A DNA stretch of 64,000 nucleotides from Convolutriloba macropyga. Lineage: Eukaryota. The stretch lies in the NCBI RefSeq assembly GCF_964194025.1, contig NC_134479.1, positions 15,624,001 to 15,688,000 of the forward strand, written 5' to 3'. Both the position numbers and the translations under genes were made by a program. Within the stretch, counting starts at the first letter, position 1. Each line of letters starts with the position of its first letter. A model generated the notes under the pieces. That model saw nothing but the letters and a program-made list of their open reading frames with translations. It made no database searches and had not been told where the DNA came from. Below, piece after piece: positions 1-12,113 of the stretch.

Positions 1-1575
1 AAGATGACTCATTTACACTTATGTACAGCTTACGTGATTTTGAAAAATGTACCTCACAGCATGACACCCAAGCTATTCACACGAAGGGGATTAGCAAGAT
101 AGTGCCTTAACAACAAATTAATAAGGTCATCGACCCCCTACCAAATTACATTTTAGTAACGTAAATTTCCAAAGACGTACCTCACAGCATGACACCCAAG
201 CTGTTCACCCGAAGGGGATTAGCAAGAAAGTGACATCACAACAAATTAATAAGGTCACCGATCCCCTACCAAATTACATTTTAATAACATAAATTTCTAA
301 AGACGTACCTCACAGCATGACACCCAAGCTGTTCACACGAAGGGCATTAGCAAGATATTACCTAAAGAACAAATTAATAAGGTCATCGACCCCCTACCAA
401 ATTACACTTTAATAACGTAAATGTCCAAAGATGTACCTCACAGCATGACACCCAAGCTGTTCACACGAAGAGGATTAGCAAGATAGTGCTTTTACAACAA
501 ATTACTAAGGTCATCGACCCCTACCAAATTACACTTTAATAACGCAAATTTCCAAAGACGTACCTCACAGCATGAAACCCAAGCTGTTCATACGAATCGG
601 ATTAGCAAGACAGTGCGTTAACAAATTATTAAGGACATTGACCCCTACCATATTACAGTTTACTAATGTAAATTTCCAAAGACGTACCTCACAGCATGGC
701 ACCCAAGCTGTTCTCTCAAAGGGGATTAGTTAGGTAATGTTTTAATATTAAATTAGATAGGGTGACTCATTTACGCTTACGTACGGTTTACGTGATTTTC
801 AAAAGTGTACCTCACAGCATGATACCCAAGCTGTTCAAACGAAGGGGATTAGCAAGACAGTGCCTCAACAAATTAGTAAGGACATTGACCCCCTACCATA
901 TTACAGTTTACTGATGTAAATTTCCAGAGATGTACCTCACAGCGTGACAGCCAAGCTGTTCGCATGAAGGGGATTAGCAAGACAGTGTCTTAACATCGAA
1001 TCAGTAAGGTCATTGTCCCCTTACCAAATTGCACTTCACTAACATCTGATTTCAAAGACGTACCTCACAGCATGATACCCAAAATGTTCACGCGAGGGAG
1101 ATTAGCAAGATAATCCCTTAATATTAAATTAGTAAGTTCATTTACCCATTCCCATATTACACTTTAATAATGTAAATTTTCAAAAGTGTACCTCACAGCA
1201 TGACACCCAAGCTGTTCACACGAGGCGGATTAGCAAGATAGTGCCTGAACAACAAATCAGTAAGGTCATTGACCCCCTACCATTTTACACTTTAATAATG
1301 CAAATTTGCAATACCGTACCTCACAGCATGACACCCAAGCTGTTCACACGAGGGGGCTTAGCAAGACAGGGGGGATAAAAGATGTACCTATCTATAAAGA
1401 TTACGTATAGCCCATTTTCCCTCATATCCCAAAGACGTACCTCACAGCGTGATACCCACGCTGTTCACACGAGGGGGAATAGTCAGATAATCCCTTAATA
1501 TTAAATTAGTATGGTAATTTACCTCTTCCCATAAAAGACGTACCTCAGAGCATGATACCCAAGCTGTTCACACAA
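1..1575. repeat. Tandem array, unit ~128 bp, ~13 copies (runs off the window start)
   Basis: Anchor GTACCTCACAGCATGACACCCAAGCTGTTC recurs near 49, 177, 305, 433, 560, 684, 807, 932, 1060, 1188, 1316, 1437 and 1540. Confidence 0.95.
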
Positions 1576-2230
1576 AAAATATCACATTCTTGCTTAAAAT
1601 ACCCAATTCTTGCCAAAAATACCCCATCCTCGCTAAAAATACCCAATTCTTGAAGAAAAAAAATTCTTACCAAAAAAATACCAATTCTTGGCAAAAAATA
1701 CACAATTATTGCCAAAAAAAAACACAATTATTGCCAAAAATGTTCAATTCTTGCCACAGATACCCAATTCATGCTAAAAAAATACCTATTTCTTGAAAAA
1801 AAAACACATTTCTTGCTAAAAAATACCCAATTCTTGAAATAAACACCCAATTCTTGCCAAAAACATATCAATTCTTGACAGAAAACACACAATTATTGCT
1901 AAAAAAACCAATTCTTACCAAAAATACCCATTTATTACCAAAAATACCTAATTATTACTAAAAATTACCCAATTATTGCCAAAAATTACCCAATTCTTGC
2001 CAAAAATTACCCAATTCTTGCAGAAAATACCCAAATCTGACGAAATTTTTCCAAAACTTTACCAGAAACTACCCAATACTAAAAAAATAGCCATTTCTTA
2101 CCAAAAAATACTCCATTTTTGCCACAAAAAACATATTTTCTAACAAGAAACCCAATTCTATTAAAAACTGTCCACTTGCTGCCACTTATAATCACCACAA
2201 AGTAGCTAAATATTGTCAAAAATACTCAAT
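1576..2230. repeat. Degenerate ~20-21 bp minisatellite (AATACCCAATTCTTGCCAAAA)
   Basis: Many imperfect head-to-tail copies of ACCCAATTCTTGCCAAAAAT. Confidence 0.85.
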
Positions 2231-3201
2231 TTTTACACGTTTTTTAGTATTGTCAAATAACAACCAAATTTTGTAAAGAATAACAAAATGTTTTCAAATA
2301 TTTATTGAAAATATCAAAAATTAGACAACTTAACATCATCATCATTATTTATTTAATTTCTATCTGACAATCCCATTATTTAGTGATCTTTCAAATATCA
2401 ATTTTGACATCTTCTTTTGTAAAGGCGAATCTTCTCAGGTGATCGATAGAGGTTTTTTGAGTACAACTTCATCGAACTTTTCACTATCGTTAGAAATAAG
2501 TCATAAAATGTATCAATTAAATCATAGTACCATAAAAATTACGTCCTACTATCTTCGCAATTACGGACAAATAGATGATTTCATAATTGCATGGGGGCCA
2601 CTGTCCTCTTTAGAACAAAATTAAGATCAATTACGTCTTAGGATTGGAACAATTACCGAATTACAGAAACCTAGATATTCTATGTGGTCATTGAACTCAT
2701 GTGAACAAAGTCTATACCATACTACTTACGATATGATGATTCATACTTTATCTAAGCATGCACAACTCACGTGATTGAGGTCTTACTCATAGTACCGTAA
2801 TAATAACGTCACTATTGCGTCATAATGATGTCATATTTATCATAGTGTACAAACAAAAGTACAACTCATTTTACTTCTTTTCCTTCTCTTCAACAACTTA
2901 ACTATAACTAGCTTTTGTTCTTTTCTTGAGACAATTTGAATCGCTTTTTGTTACCAGCCTAAGTTAACAACTATAAACTCTTCAGCGAAGATTCTTCATC
3001 CCTAGGACCTCTTCCTATTTCCCATTCCAAGTAAGTCTGTTCTGTTATAAAATATGAGAACAAACCATAAAAAGCGAATAAATAGCTATTATAATCATGG
3101 TACTCATTCGCAAATAGCATAGGAATGCTTCAGAGAGAAAGATTTAGCGATTATGGTTATAGGGGCAATTTTGCTTTAACTTTAGTTAAACAAAGGCTGG
3201 A

Positions 3202-4107
3202 ATGACGAATATCAAATCTGTGATATTGAACGAAAATCTCAAGGTCCACTTCTTCTTCCCCGACTTCAATGATGATGTAGCAATTATAAAAGAGAGAAAA
3301 ACGTGCTTCGGATGGGTAGCTGATCCTCCATTCTCAATTCCGAGGCAGCTTCTGGTCTTCATTGTTGCTATCGAGAATTTGCCTGAAGTCTCTGTACCAT
3401 ACAAACAGACAACTGTAGACTTTTACAAAAACCACAATGAAAACACAACTTTACAAGTCTCGGACACCATGGAACTAAGCAGATCAGTCCGTGCGCAATT
3501 CTGTGATTATGAGTTGTCCTATAAAGCAATACATGAAAATCAACGAGGATTTTTTGAGGAGGAGAGGGAACTTAAATTCCTCTGGTGTGTTTCAGACGAG
3601 TATGACGATTTGCCGGAGCAGAAACCTGATCGGGATTGTGACGAGTGGGAAAATGGGTCACTGACAGAGAGTATTATTGCAAGTATAGAAGAAGAGAACG
3701 CACTTGGCTTCAAGTTTGACAACAAAAAATTTGACAAGGCAGTCCCCTTTTTGTGTTTTTCTACAGAAACTGAACAAGAAACCATGAAAGAAGTACAGGA
3801 GACATCAACGGTTGAAAATACTTCACTCGAGTCTGTCAAAACCATCCTCAGTAAAGTAGTCGACGAATGTGCAGATAATCGGGATCATTTTTTTTCTCCT
3901 GATGCAACTGAAGCAATATCTGAAAAAACTTCCCTCAAATGTGAGCAACCGGCGTATTGTACACAAAAGACAGTCAAGAGAAGGGCTCTTGTTGTCAATA
4001 ACCCTGAGAGAGAGGGGAGTAGAAAGTCAGAAGTTGATGAGAACGAAGAAAAAATGTGTCCTCCATCGAGCAAATTGAGACGACATACTGAGTTATATGG
4101 TAACTAA
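3202..4107 (+). CDS. 301-aa orphan ORF with acidic C-terminal half; possibly an accessory gene of the left-hand Polinton remnant
   Basis: Long uninterrupted ORF in AT-rich DNA, preceded by a plausible 5'-UTR intron (GTAAGT at 3031 ... TTTAG at 3185). No family recognised. Confidence 0.5.
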   Translation: MTNIKSVILNENLKVHFFFPDFNDDVAIIKERKTCFGWVADPPFSIPRQLLVFIVAIENLPEVSVPYKQTTVDFYKNHNENTTLQVSDTMELSRSVRAQFCDYELSYKAIHENQRGFFEEERELKFLWCVSDEYDDLPEQKPDRDCDEWENGSLTESIIASIEEENALGFKFDNKKFDKAVPFLCFSTETEQETMKEVQETSTVENTSLESVKTILSKVVDECADNRDHFFSPDATEAISEKTSLKCEQPAYCTQKTVKRRALVVNNPEREGSRKSEVDENEEKMCPPSSKLRRHTELYGN

Positions 4108-4418
4108 ACTAGCAATCTGAGAAGTTGTTCCATTGGCTGATTATTTTTGTTTGTATTTCCTGTATAATTTCAAATCTGATACTAGTATTTTTTGTGATGA
4201 CTGGTTGACTGATTAATTTGAAATATTGTATTTCTACACTCAGAAAAACTGAAACTCATGTATGCTTTTGAAATAATACTTTGATACTAATATTTAATTG
4301 AGTTTTAAAAACGCATTTTCGAAAACAATTTTTATCAAAAGTTCAATTTTGGATTTAATTATTTTTCGACAAATGCTTGCTTTGGAAATATCGTTTTTTT
4401 CAAAAATGAGGTTTAATA

Positions 4419-4958
4419 GTCGTTGCAGAAACTGTGAAGTTGATTGGAAATCGTTGGGATGGAAATGATCTGGTTATCAGAAAATGGACCGTAGTCGAAA
4501 TACGACCACAAAATATCTGAAAGGTCCTCATGCGGATAGGTTTTTTTAACAACAGGTTTTTCAAGTCTCTGAATGAGCTGAAAGACCAGATTTTTGAGGT
4601 AGGAATGAGCAAGACACGTATTGAACATAAGGAAACAATATTTCTTGGGTTCTTTATCCTCCTGTACGCCAAAATTACAATGTTGCAACTTAAATACATT
4701 TTCTAATCCTCTTTCTGCAATCCAAACAAATATGAGTTGATTGAAATGAATACTGACAGTCTTTGCTTGGCACGTAGTGAGGAAAAAATTGACGAATTCA
4801 GTTGACCAGAAATGTATCCATCGTGGTACTGGATAATGCGAAGCAATTGCAGTGATAATTTCGCAGCAGACTTTAGCAAGAATTCTTTACCACGAATACT
4901 ATGCAATAATCATGGAAACTTTGATAAGGGAACACCTGGTTTTTCTAAAGAAGAATTT
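4419..4958 (+). pseudogene. Fragment of protein-primed DNA polymerase B from a second Polinton family
   Basis: Manual translation through frameshifts and stops: VVAETVKLIGN..GYQKMDRSRNTTTKYL..FKSLNEL..IEHKETIFLGFFILLYAKITMLQL..IEMNTDSLCLA..DKGTPGFSKEEF. This matches pPolB motif B (KLxxNSxYG), motif C (DTDS) and the downstream PGLFKEE motif. Confidence 0.8.
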
Positions 4959-4999
4959 TTGGTAAAGATTTTTAGATATAGATGCATACATATCATTAA

Positions 5000-6601
5000 T
5001 AAAAAAATTTACAATTTTTGTAAGTGGAAAACCATTTCCATTAGTTTTTTATTGTTTTGAACAAAAATTGTTTTACCAAAGGAAATTTTTTTAAAAAATG
5101 TAAATTTTATAAGGTTTTTAACAAAAAAAATGTAAATTTTGATGTTTTTTATTTTTCTATATTTTACATTTTTCAGTTTCTGAAGTTTTTTTTTCATGTA
5201 AAATTTTCAATTCATTTTTTATTCAAAATTGTTGTTTTACCTAAAAAATTTTTTTCAAATGTCTTTTTCATAAGGTTTTAACCAAAAGTAGATATGTTGT
5301 TGTTTTTTTTATTTTTCTATTTTTTCCATTTTTCCGTTTTGGAACTTTTTTCACGTAAATTTTTTAATTCAATTGTTTTTTATTAAAAAATGTTGTTTTA
5401 CTAATATAATTTTTTTTTAAAAAAATGTCGTTTTTAACTTTTAAGGTTTTTAACCAAAAATGTAAATTTGTTTGTTTTTAAATTTTCTATGTTTACATTT
5501 TAGTTTTAGAATTTTATTTTCATGTAAAATTTTCAAGTTAATTATAATTTTCATTAAGTGTTGTTTTAATAAAATAATTTTTTTTCAAAAATGCCGCTTT
5601 TTACATAAGGTTTTCCCCAAAAAATGTATTTTTTGTTGTTTTTTGTTTTTTCTATTTTTCCATTTTTCAGTTTTGGAAGTTTTTTTCATGTAAAATTTTC
5701 AATTTAATTGTTTTTTTTTATTAAAAAATGTTGTTTTACAAAAATATTTTTTTTTCAAAAATGTCGTTTTTTACATAAGGTTTTTATCCAAAAATGTAAA
5801 TTTTGTTGTTTTTAATTTTTCTATTATTACATTTTTTCAGTTTTTGAAGTTTTTTCCATGTAAAATTTTCAATTTAATTATTTTTCCATTAAAAAATGTT
5901 GTTTTATTAAGTATTTTTTTTTCAAAAATGCCATTTTTTTTCGTAAGACTTTAACCGAAAATCTATATTTTGCTATTTAATTTTCCATTTTTCTGTTTTG
6001 AAAGTTTATTCATGTAAAATTTTCAATTTAATTGTTTTATTAAAAAATGTTAATTTACCAAAAATATTTTTTTTTCAAAATTGTTGTTTTTTACATAAGG
6101 TTTTTAACAGAAAATGTAAATTTTGTTATTTTTTATTTTTCTATTTTAACATTTTTCAGTTATTGAAATTGTTTTCATGTAAAATTTTCAAATTAAATAT
6201 TTTTTTCATTGAAAAATGTTTTACTAAAGTAATTTTTTTTCAAAAATGCCGTTTTTTACATAAGGGTTTAACCAAAAATCTATATTTTTGTTGTTTTTTA
6301 TTTTTCTATTTTTCCATTTTTCAACTTTTGAAGATTTTTTCATTGCAAATGAAAAAACTTCAAAAACTGAAAATGGAAAAATAAAAAACAACAAAAATAT
6401 GGATTTTTGGTTAAACCCTTATGTAAAAAACGGCATTTTTGAAAAAAAAATTACTTTAGTAAAACATTTTTCAATGAAAAAAATTTTAATTTGAAAATTT
6501 TACATGAAAACAATTTCAATAACTGAAAAATGTTAAAATAGAAAGAATGAAAACAGAAAAATGGAAAATTAAAATAGCAAAATATAGATTTTCGGTTAAA
6601 G
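5000..6601. repeat. Very AT-rich composite tandem repeat ending in a fold-back (inverted) copy centred at ~6346
   Basis: Recurring TTTTTCAAAAATG..TTTTTACATAAGGTTTT and CATGTAAAATTTTCAA blocks. 6349-6601 is the reverse complement of ~6141-6343 plus ~5949-6000. Confidence 0.8.
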
Positions 6602-6801
6602 NNNNNNNNNNNNNNNNNNNNNNNNNNNNNNNNNNNNNNNNNNNNNNNNNNNNNNNNNNNNNNNNNNNNNNNNNNNNNNNNNNNNNNNNNNNNNNNNNNN
6701 NNNNNNNNNNNNNNNNNNNNNNNNNNNNNNNNNNNNNNNNNNNNNNNNNNNNNNNNNNNNNNNNNNNNNNNNNNNNNNNNNNNNNNNNNNNNNNNNNNNN
6801 N
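6602..6801. other. Assembly gap (200 N)
   Basis: Run of N. Confidence 1.
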
Positions 6802-8589
6802 CAAAAAGGACAAAGCCAGGAACAGACATTAAAGCATCAATCAAAAATAGACTTGTTCCTTTATTCGAAAACTAGTTATTAGGGTTTTAAAATATAGAAG
6901 TATTTAAAATTGTCACCGGAATGTTGGTATATTGAAAAACTTTGGAAAGCTAAAAAACAAGATCATGAATAGAATTATTAACACGTAACGAAATTTAAAA
7001 ATTCAGAAACATTTGTTTTAGCCAAAAAAATTCCAAGAAACGGTCATTTCATTGTTTTCTTTCATCATTGAGATGAAATTATTTCAAAAGTGATTACAAT
7101 AGCTTTAAGTTTCCTTGACGATGCTAGATGCAGCACGTCCGTTATAAATAAAGTTTTCTAGTTGACTTAGACCTTTAACAATTTGAAAAATATCTATAAC
7201 CAAAATAACTTAATCAAGGCACAAAAATGATGAAAGCTTAAAATTCATGAAATTGTCTTAAAACTTGCTCAAAACAAAAAGATGTCAAAAACATGAATCC
7301 AATAAACAAAAACAGCAAGGAAGTTCATGATCCTCAAAATACAAAAATTCAGAGAGAATGTAAAAAAGAACATGTAACCCTGTCAATTCCATCAGATTAA
7401 TTGAGACATCAGCCTTTCTAAGGAAACGTTTTCAAACCAAAGTCAAAACTTGATCTCATTAAAACTGAAATAGCCACTTTCGATTTCGAATTTACACGAT
7501 TGAATCAAAAAACTTTTTTACCGAAAATCCAAACTGCAAATATAAGTGAGAATCAACTAACGTCAAGCTAATTCCTCTCGAACGACAGATGGAAGCGATG
7601 TAATTTATAGCGGTTGTAGCTTAAGAAATGTTTTGTTGGCGGAACGAAACTATCTGACGGGGTTTCGAACCTGTACCTCCAGCTTGGTAGATTGACAGAT
7701 TACGCGCTCGGTTTACACATAAGCTTAGGTTTTAGTTTGCTCACAATTGCTGAGTCGTTAGCAACAAATTTATTTCAGAACGAGGGCAACCTAGATAACT
7801 CAGAAGGAGGGCAACTTAGAAGGAGTAAAAATGTCAATATAAAAGTCTAAGATTGTACCAAAACAAAGACGCATATCGGTCAAGAATGTCGCCCAAAAAC
7901 AGGCGGTTACAATAGTTTCCTCAAAGAATTCTACTCATCGAGTTGTGAAAACAATGAAAGAGAAGGACAAAAATCCACTATCAGTTTGCAGTTGTTAAAC
8001 ACGTTTTCCTTCAACTGGAACTGAGAACCCCCGAAAATCAGGCCAACAATAACAATAACCATAGGTAACAGGGCCGAGGAAATCCCAGCTAATTAGGGGT
8101 GGATCAAAGGTGAAACCTCGGCCCTGGTGATTTTCTTGTATTGTTCTTCTCACTCACTACAAGTTACCAGAAAAGGCCCATATTTACCTGGCTAGCGGCA
8201 ACGATTCGCCCAGACGTCTAATTCCAACAATTTTTTAAATCTCAATCTAAAGTTCATGGATTTTGTCTTGTTGGTTATTATCGTTATTGTTGCGGTTAGG
8301 GAAAAAGCTGTGTTTCTCAGGACTTCCAAAATTAACAAAATTGATATAATCAGTGTTCTTATAACTTGAATGAATGCTCCCACCTACATAGAAATACAAT
8401 TTGAAGTCTATAGGTCACTGTGGTTTCTCACATTAACAAAAAAAAATTTATCTTTTTTCAGTAATTGTAATGGAAGCACGTTCAATAGACTTGGGAATAA
8501 ATTTATTCTTGATTCTCAACAAGCAAAAAAGTTCTCTGCCTGTTTTTTTATTACCAATATTTTTTTCGAGTTAATTGAGTGACACACAT

Positions 8590-9057
8590 ACCTGCATCAG
8601 GGCATGGCAACAGCAGTTCATGAAGCTTTGTACTTGAAACTATTTCTAGAGGACTTTGACATCCAACAGAAACATCCAATATCAATTAGAGAGGATAAAC
8701 CGAGTTGTATCAGACTTTGCCAAAACCATCGAAAAAGAAGCATGCAATTCGAAAAAAATGCTTCATTCGGGACAAGACGGAAGATGCGACTATTTAAGAT
8801 CACTACGTTCCTGCTAACAATATGGCAGCGGCATCTTTACGAAATGCTTGACAGTATCTAAAGTAGAAACATCCAAAACAGTTTTGATGTGATCAGACTC
8901 TACGCACCAAGCTTTAGTTTGAGTGGGGTGTTAGAATTTCAATGCCACAGATAGTCTTAAATTTAGTCATAAATATTGCATTGTTTAGTTTACCAGTTTA
9001 ATCAAACAGGAGGAAATTGATTCAAATCACTAAATTGATATTAAGGAGCTTTCATCA
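8590..9057 (+). mobile_element. Ty1/copia LTR retrotransposon 3' fragment (RNase H C-terminus, PPT, start of 3' LTR)
   Basis: Degenerate EALYLKLFLEDF..PISIREDKPSCIRLCQN..FIRDK..YVPANNMAAxIFTKCL resembles copia RNase H (DNQSAI...ADIFTK). PPT GAGTGGGG at 8921-8928 is followed directly by TGTTAGAA at 8929. LTR end at ~9057 is tentative. Confidence 0.75.
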
Positions 9058-9701
9058 ATGAATTAATACTCGGTTCAAACTAATGATTTTTGATACATTT
9101 TTGGTTTTTTTAGAATTAGTTTATTTGATGTAAAATCTTTCCTGCATATATTGAATGATAATGATACCACTGGAAGTGTGAATGAATTCTTACAAAAGTG
9201 CAATTGCATTCCATATATTGTATTCCTCGCAACGTATTTCTAGGAATTTCGCTTAAGGAAACAATATTCGGTAACCCTTGCGACCCCACTATTAGTCTTG
9301 GTGCCAGGATTAGTTTTGTATCTTGTTTTCTTCGCACTGATAATGGGTATGTATACAGCTAATTAGCTCGTTTTTGAGTCCTTTTTCATCCCAAAAATCA
9401 GATCTCCATCTTGATCTATCAGACAGATCTCTCATTAAAAACGCGTTTCATTGCGCCTGTGAAGGTCCATAACCCAACATTTTTATTCACGCCATCTGAA
9501 CCTTTTTATGTAAATAGACATTTTTTTCAAAATTAAACAGCAGATTTTACCGATAATCAATCTGCTACAAAACAAAAATCAAAAAATATAAAACATTGAA
9601 AACTCTGCTTTTTGTTAAACTAAATTTATCGTAACAATGTACTGAAAGTCAAAATCTGCAGTTTCGGGCTGCGGGTCATGGCCATGTCTCAGTGGCATGT
9701 G

Positions 9702-9788
9702 AGTAGTAGATGATACCGGCTAGGAGGACATACAGGGGGGGGGGACACTTGCAAAAGGATTTTCGCCCCACCGGGATTCGAACCCGGA
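9702..9788 (+). repeat. Left terminal inverted repeat of the Polinton
   Basis: Reverse complement of 35735-35818 apart from two substitutions and G-run length. Confidence 0.95.
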
Positions 9789-9833
9789 TCTAGTGCATGG
9801 GAAGCAGAAATCATACCACTGGACCAAAGGTGT
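9763..9833 (-). ncRNA. tRNA-like Pol III-type unit at the left end, pointing outward (CCC at anticodon position; not a canonical tRNA)
   Basis: Minus strand reads ACACCTT-TGGTCCAGTGG(A-box)-TATGATTTCTGC-TTCCCAT-GCACTAGAT-CCGGG-TTCGAAT-CCCGG(T-arm/B-box)-TGGGGC, then TTTT at 9756-9753. The acceptor stem pairs poorly. Confidence 0.6.
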
Positions 9834-10179
9834 ATAAAATCTATGAGTTTATATTTGTATATATTTTGGATCCGTTTTGTACGCTCACCTTACTTATTAA
9901 ATTGGTTGCAGGTACATATGTAGTAAATATGTACTTTGCAGTAAACATGTATATATTCTGGCTTCGAACTACAGATGGGGGTACTTTGGAATTTCAAACT
10001 ATGAAAAAATGTCCCCTCATATTTTATTAGCTTCAAAGTGCTTTGAGCGCGAAGAGTACCAGTAAAGTATACTCAACCAACGAATCACATTCGAGCTAAA
10101 ATAGGAAGCCAGTTTAGAAAAATTAGTCATTTTACCGTTTTACACATTTCAAAACACTAGCCTAGTATTGATTTGAAAA

Positions 10180-10458
10180 ATGACAAACCGAGTTGTAAAA
10201 GATGAAATTGATGGCGGTATTACAAATTTAGTGTTTGATGATGGAAACCGGGAGAGACCCCCATGGCGCTGCTGTTCCAATACCGTAGTCCCTCGGTCTG
10301 AGATTATATTTTTTGTTCAAGTGAGTATCATAGTACTCATGATAAGTCTTTGTTTCGCCATGCTGTTCTTGATATCGGAAAGTTGTGAGGAGAAGTCAAT
10401 TTGGATTGCATTGCTTTCGAGTCTAGTTGGCTATATTTTACCAAATCCTAAACTATGA
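10180..10458 (+). CDS. Small two-TM membrane protein of Polinton/adintovirus type (92 aa, intact)
   Basis: Two hydrophobic segments and C-terminal LLSSLVGYILPNPKL; its stop overlaps the ATPase start (ATGA). Confidence 0.75.
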   Translation: MTNRVVKDEIDGGITNLVFDDGNRERPPWRCCSNTVVPRSEIIFFVQVSIIVLMISLCFAMLFLISESCEEKSIWIALLSSLVGYILPNPKL

Positions 10459-11143
10459 ACAAAGTCATTCTCACAAACGATAGAATCTTCATGGCGGTTG
10501 TAGGTCCAAGTGGTTGTGGGAAAACCGACCTAATATTCAACATTCTGATGTTCTAATGTTCTATCCTGAATTCCTCAAAATTTCTTACTTCTACAAAGAG
10601 TTCCAGGACATATTTACATCTATGCAACAAAAAATACCACAAATTGAATTCATCAAGTATTCTGGATTGGATATAACAAAGAAGCTTTCGGATTGTCTCC
10701 TAATTTACGACGACTCATGCGAGGAAGTATTTAACGATAAATAATTTGTGAAAATAGCTACATGTGGACGTCATCGTAGACTTCACGTAATTTATGTGAA
10801 GCATAATTTGTTCCAACAGAGCAAGTGGTCACGAACAATTGAGCTAAACACCACTCATATAATTTTATTCAAATCACTGCGCGACATTCAACAGATTGAA
10901 TACCTTGGAAAACAGTTGAACTGTCTCCAATTACTCAAGGACGCATACAAATTAGCAACAACTCACCCCTATGGACATTTAATCATTGACCTGGATCTGA
11001 AAACAAGTCAAGGTTTACGATTTGCATCACAAATTATTGGACCTGATCCTTCAATTTTCTATATTCCTTCGGAGGAAGCCGTTGTTACACCAATTACGAA
11101 TGAAAAGGAAACATTTGCTTATGCTCAAGCAATGGGCAAATAG
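10455..11143 (+). pseudogene. A32/FtsK-like genome packaging ATPase
   Basis: MNKVILTNDRIFMAVVGPSGCGKT (Walker A), LLIYDD (Walker B) and GRH..HNLF..RTIELN motifs. Frameshift at ~10550 and premature TAA at 10742-10744. Confidence 0.92.
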
Positions 11144-11413
11144 TACAAACAAGAACTCCAACATTGAGTTCAGATTATTTAGTGACGGCGACTTCATTTG
11201 GTTTCTGAGTGATTGTGTGATGAACGTACTCTCTGGAGTTGTTCCAGTCAATAAAAAAGAACTAAAAAAATTTGAAAAACTCAGCGCCAACTTTGGAACA
11301 GGAAAATAGGGAAAACAGAACGATTAAAACTTATTCAATCTCCCTCGGGCACCAATCTCATTCAACTCATAGCATTACCCTGCATAGAGTATCTGGAACA
11401 AAATGCATACTGA
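11121..11413 (+). pseudogene. Small Polinton hypothetical protein, frameshifted
   Basis: FIWFLSDCVMNVLSGVVPV motif resembles a small ORF commonly found after the ATPase. Frameshift at ~11280-11300; continues LIQLIALPCIEYL. Confidence 0.55.
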
Positions 11414-12113
11414 AGAGTTTGTGTTAATACCTAAACAGATGTATACAAGAGAACAACCTCATATATCTCAATTACTCAGCAACAAAAAAATTCACAACCC
11501 AGCCAAGCAGATATCGCTTCTCCAAGGAAACAAGTCACCATCAGCTCCCCCTGCCTCGCAGCAGGATACAGAGCAACAAACTAACGCTTCAATGGATGAT
11601 GCAAGTACAATAAATGAGTCTATGGAAAAATCATTTACGACGGACAACACATCAACTATCAGACAAGGAGCGTTGAATGATATTAGAATCTTGAAGGGGA
11701 TAAAATTTGAAAGAGCGAGAAAAATACTGGAGATAATAGAAGAAACGGATTCTGTGTCCTTGGACTCATCAAAGAGATTGCTTATCAAAGGTTCAAATAC
11801 GGAAGTTCTTGCTGCTACATTTCTTTACAATCTACAGCAAACCACTTGTAAATTTTCTTTCGAACAATTCAATTTATTAGCGCTTCTCGATATTGGTCCG
11901 CATTTGACTTGTAACACATACGCCAAAAAGTTTCTAAATTTATTATCTGAAGAGAAGCTACATTTTTTGGAATATGAATCGGAAAAAGAAGATGCTTCAA
12001 AATCCCACAGAAAAAAAGCAAAAACTTCTGACAACGATGAGGGAAGCTTTGAAGAGGCAGAAGAAGAAATCAAACCAGCCAGCCCCTGGGAAAATTACTT
12101 CCTTTCAAGCTAA
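11403..12113 (+). CDS. Polinton hypothetical protein (236 aa, intact)
   Basis: Open ORF starting MHTEEFVLIP, packed between the small ORF and the integrase; acidic C-terminus. Confidence 0.7.
   Translation: MHTEEFVLIPKQMYTREQPHISQLLSNKKIHNPAKQISLLQGNKSPSAPPASQQDTEQQTNASMDDASTINESMEKSFTTDNTSTIRQGALNDIRILKGIKFERARKILEIIEETDSVSLDSSKRLLIKGSNTEVLAATFLYNLQQTTCKFSFEQFNLLALLDIGPHLTCNTYAKKFLNLLSEEKLHFLEYESEKEDASKSHRKKAKTSDNDEGSFEEAEEEIKPASPWENYFLSS

Noticed and set aside
5009-6882. Phe/Lys-rich ORFs in the ORF track
   Set aside because: Translations of AT-rich repeats or of the N gap, with no coding signal.
7655-7715. tRNA gene on the minus strand (GGTTCGAAACC B-box)
   Set aside because: No convincing cloverleaf; at most a decayed tRNA-derived SINE fragment.
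8069-8126. Hammerhead ribozyme within the 11-bp stem CAGGGCCGAGG/CCTCGGCCCTG
   Set aside because: GAAA is present, but the core reads CTAATTA rather than CTGANGA, the UH site is missing and stems I/II do not form.
9763-9833. Functional tRNA-Gly(CCC) gene
   Set aside because: Acceptor and anticodon stems pair poorly; kept only as a tRNA-like unit.
12087-12095. Programmed -1 frameshift (GGGAAAA) fusing the 236-aa ORF to the integrase
   Set aside because: The heptamer is not in the required frame and the integrase is in the +1 frame relative to the upstream ORF.
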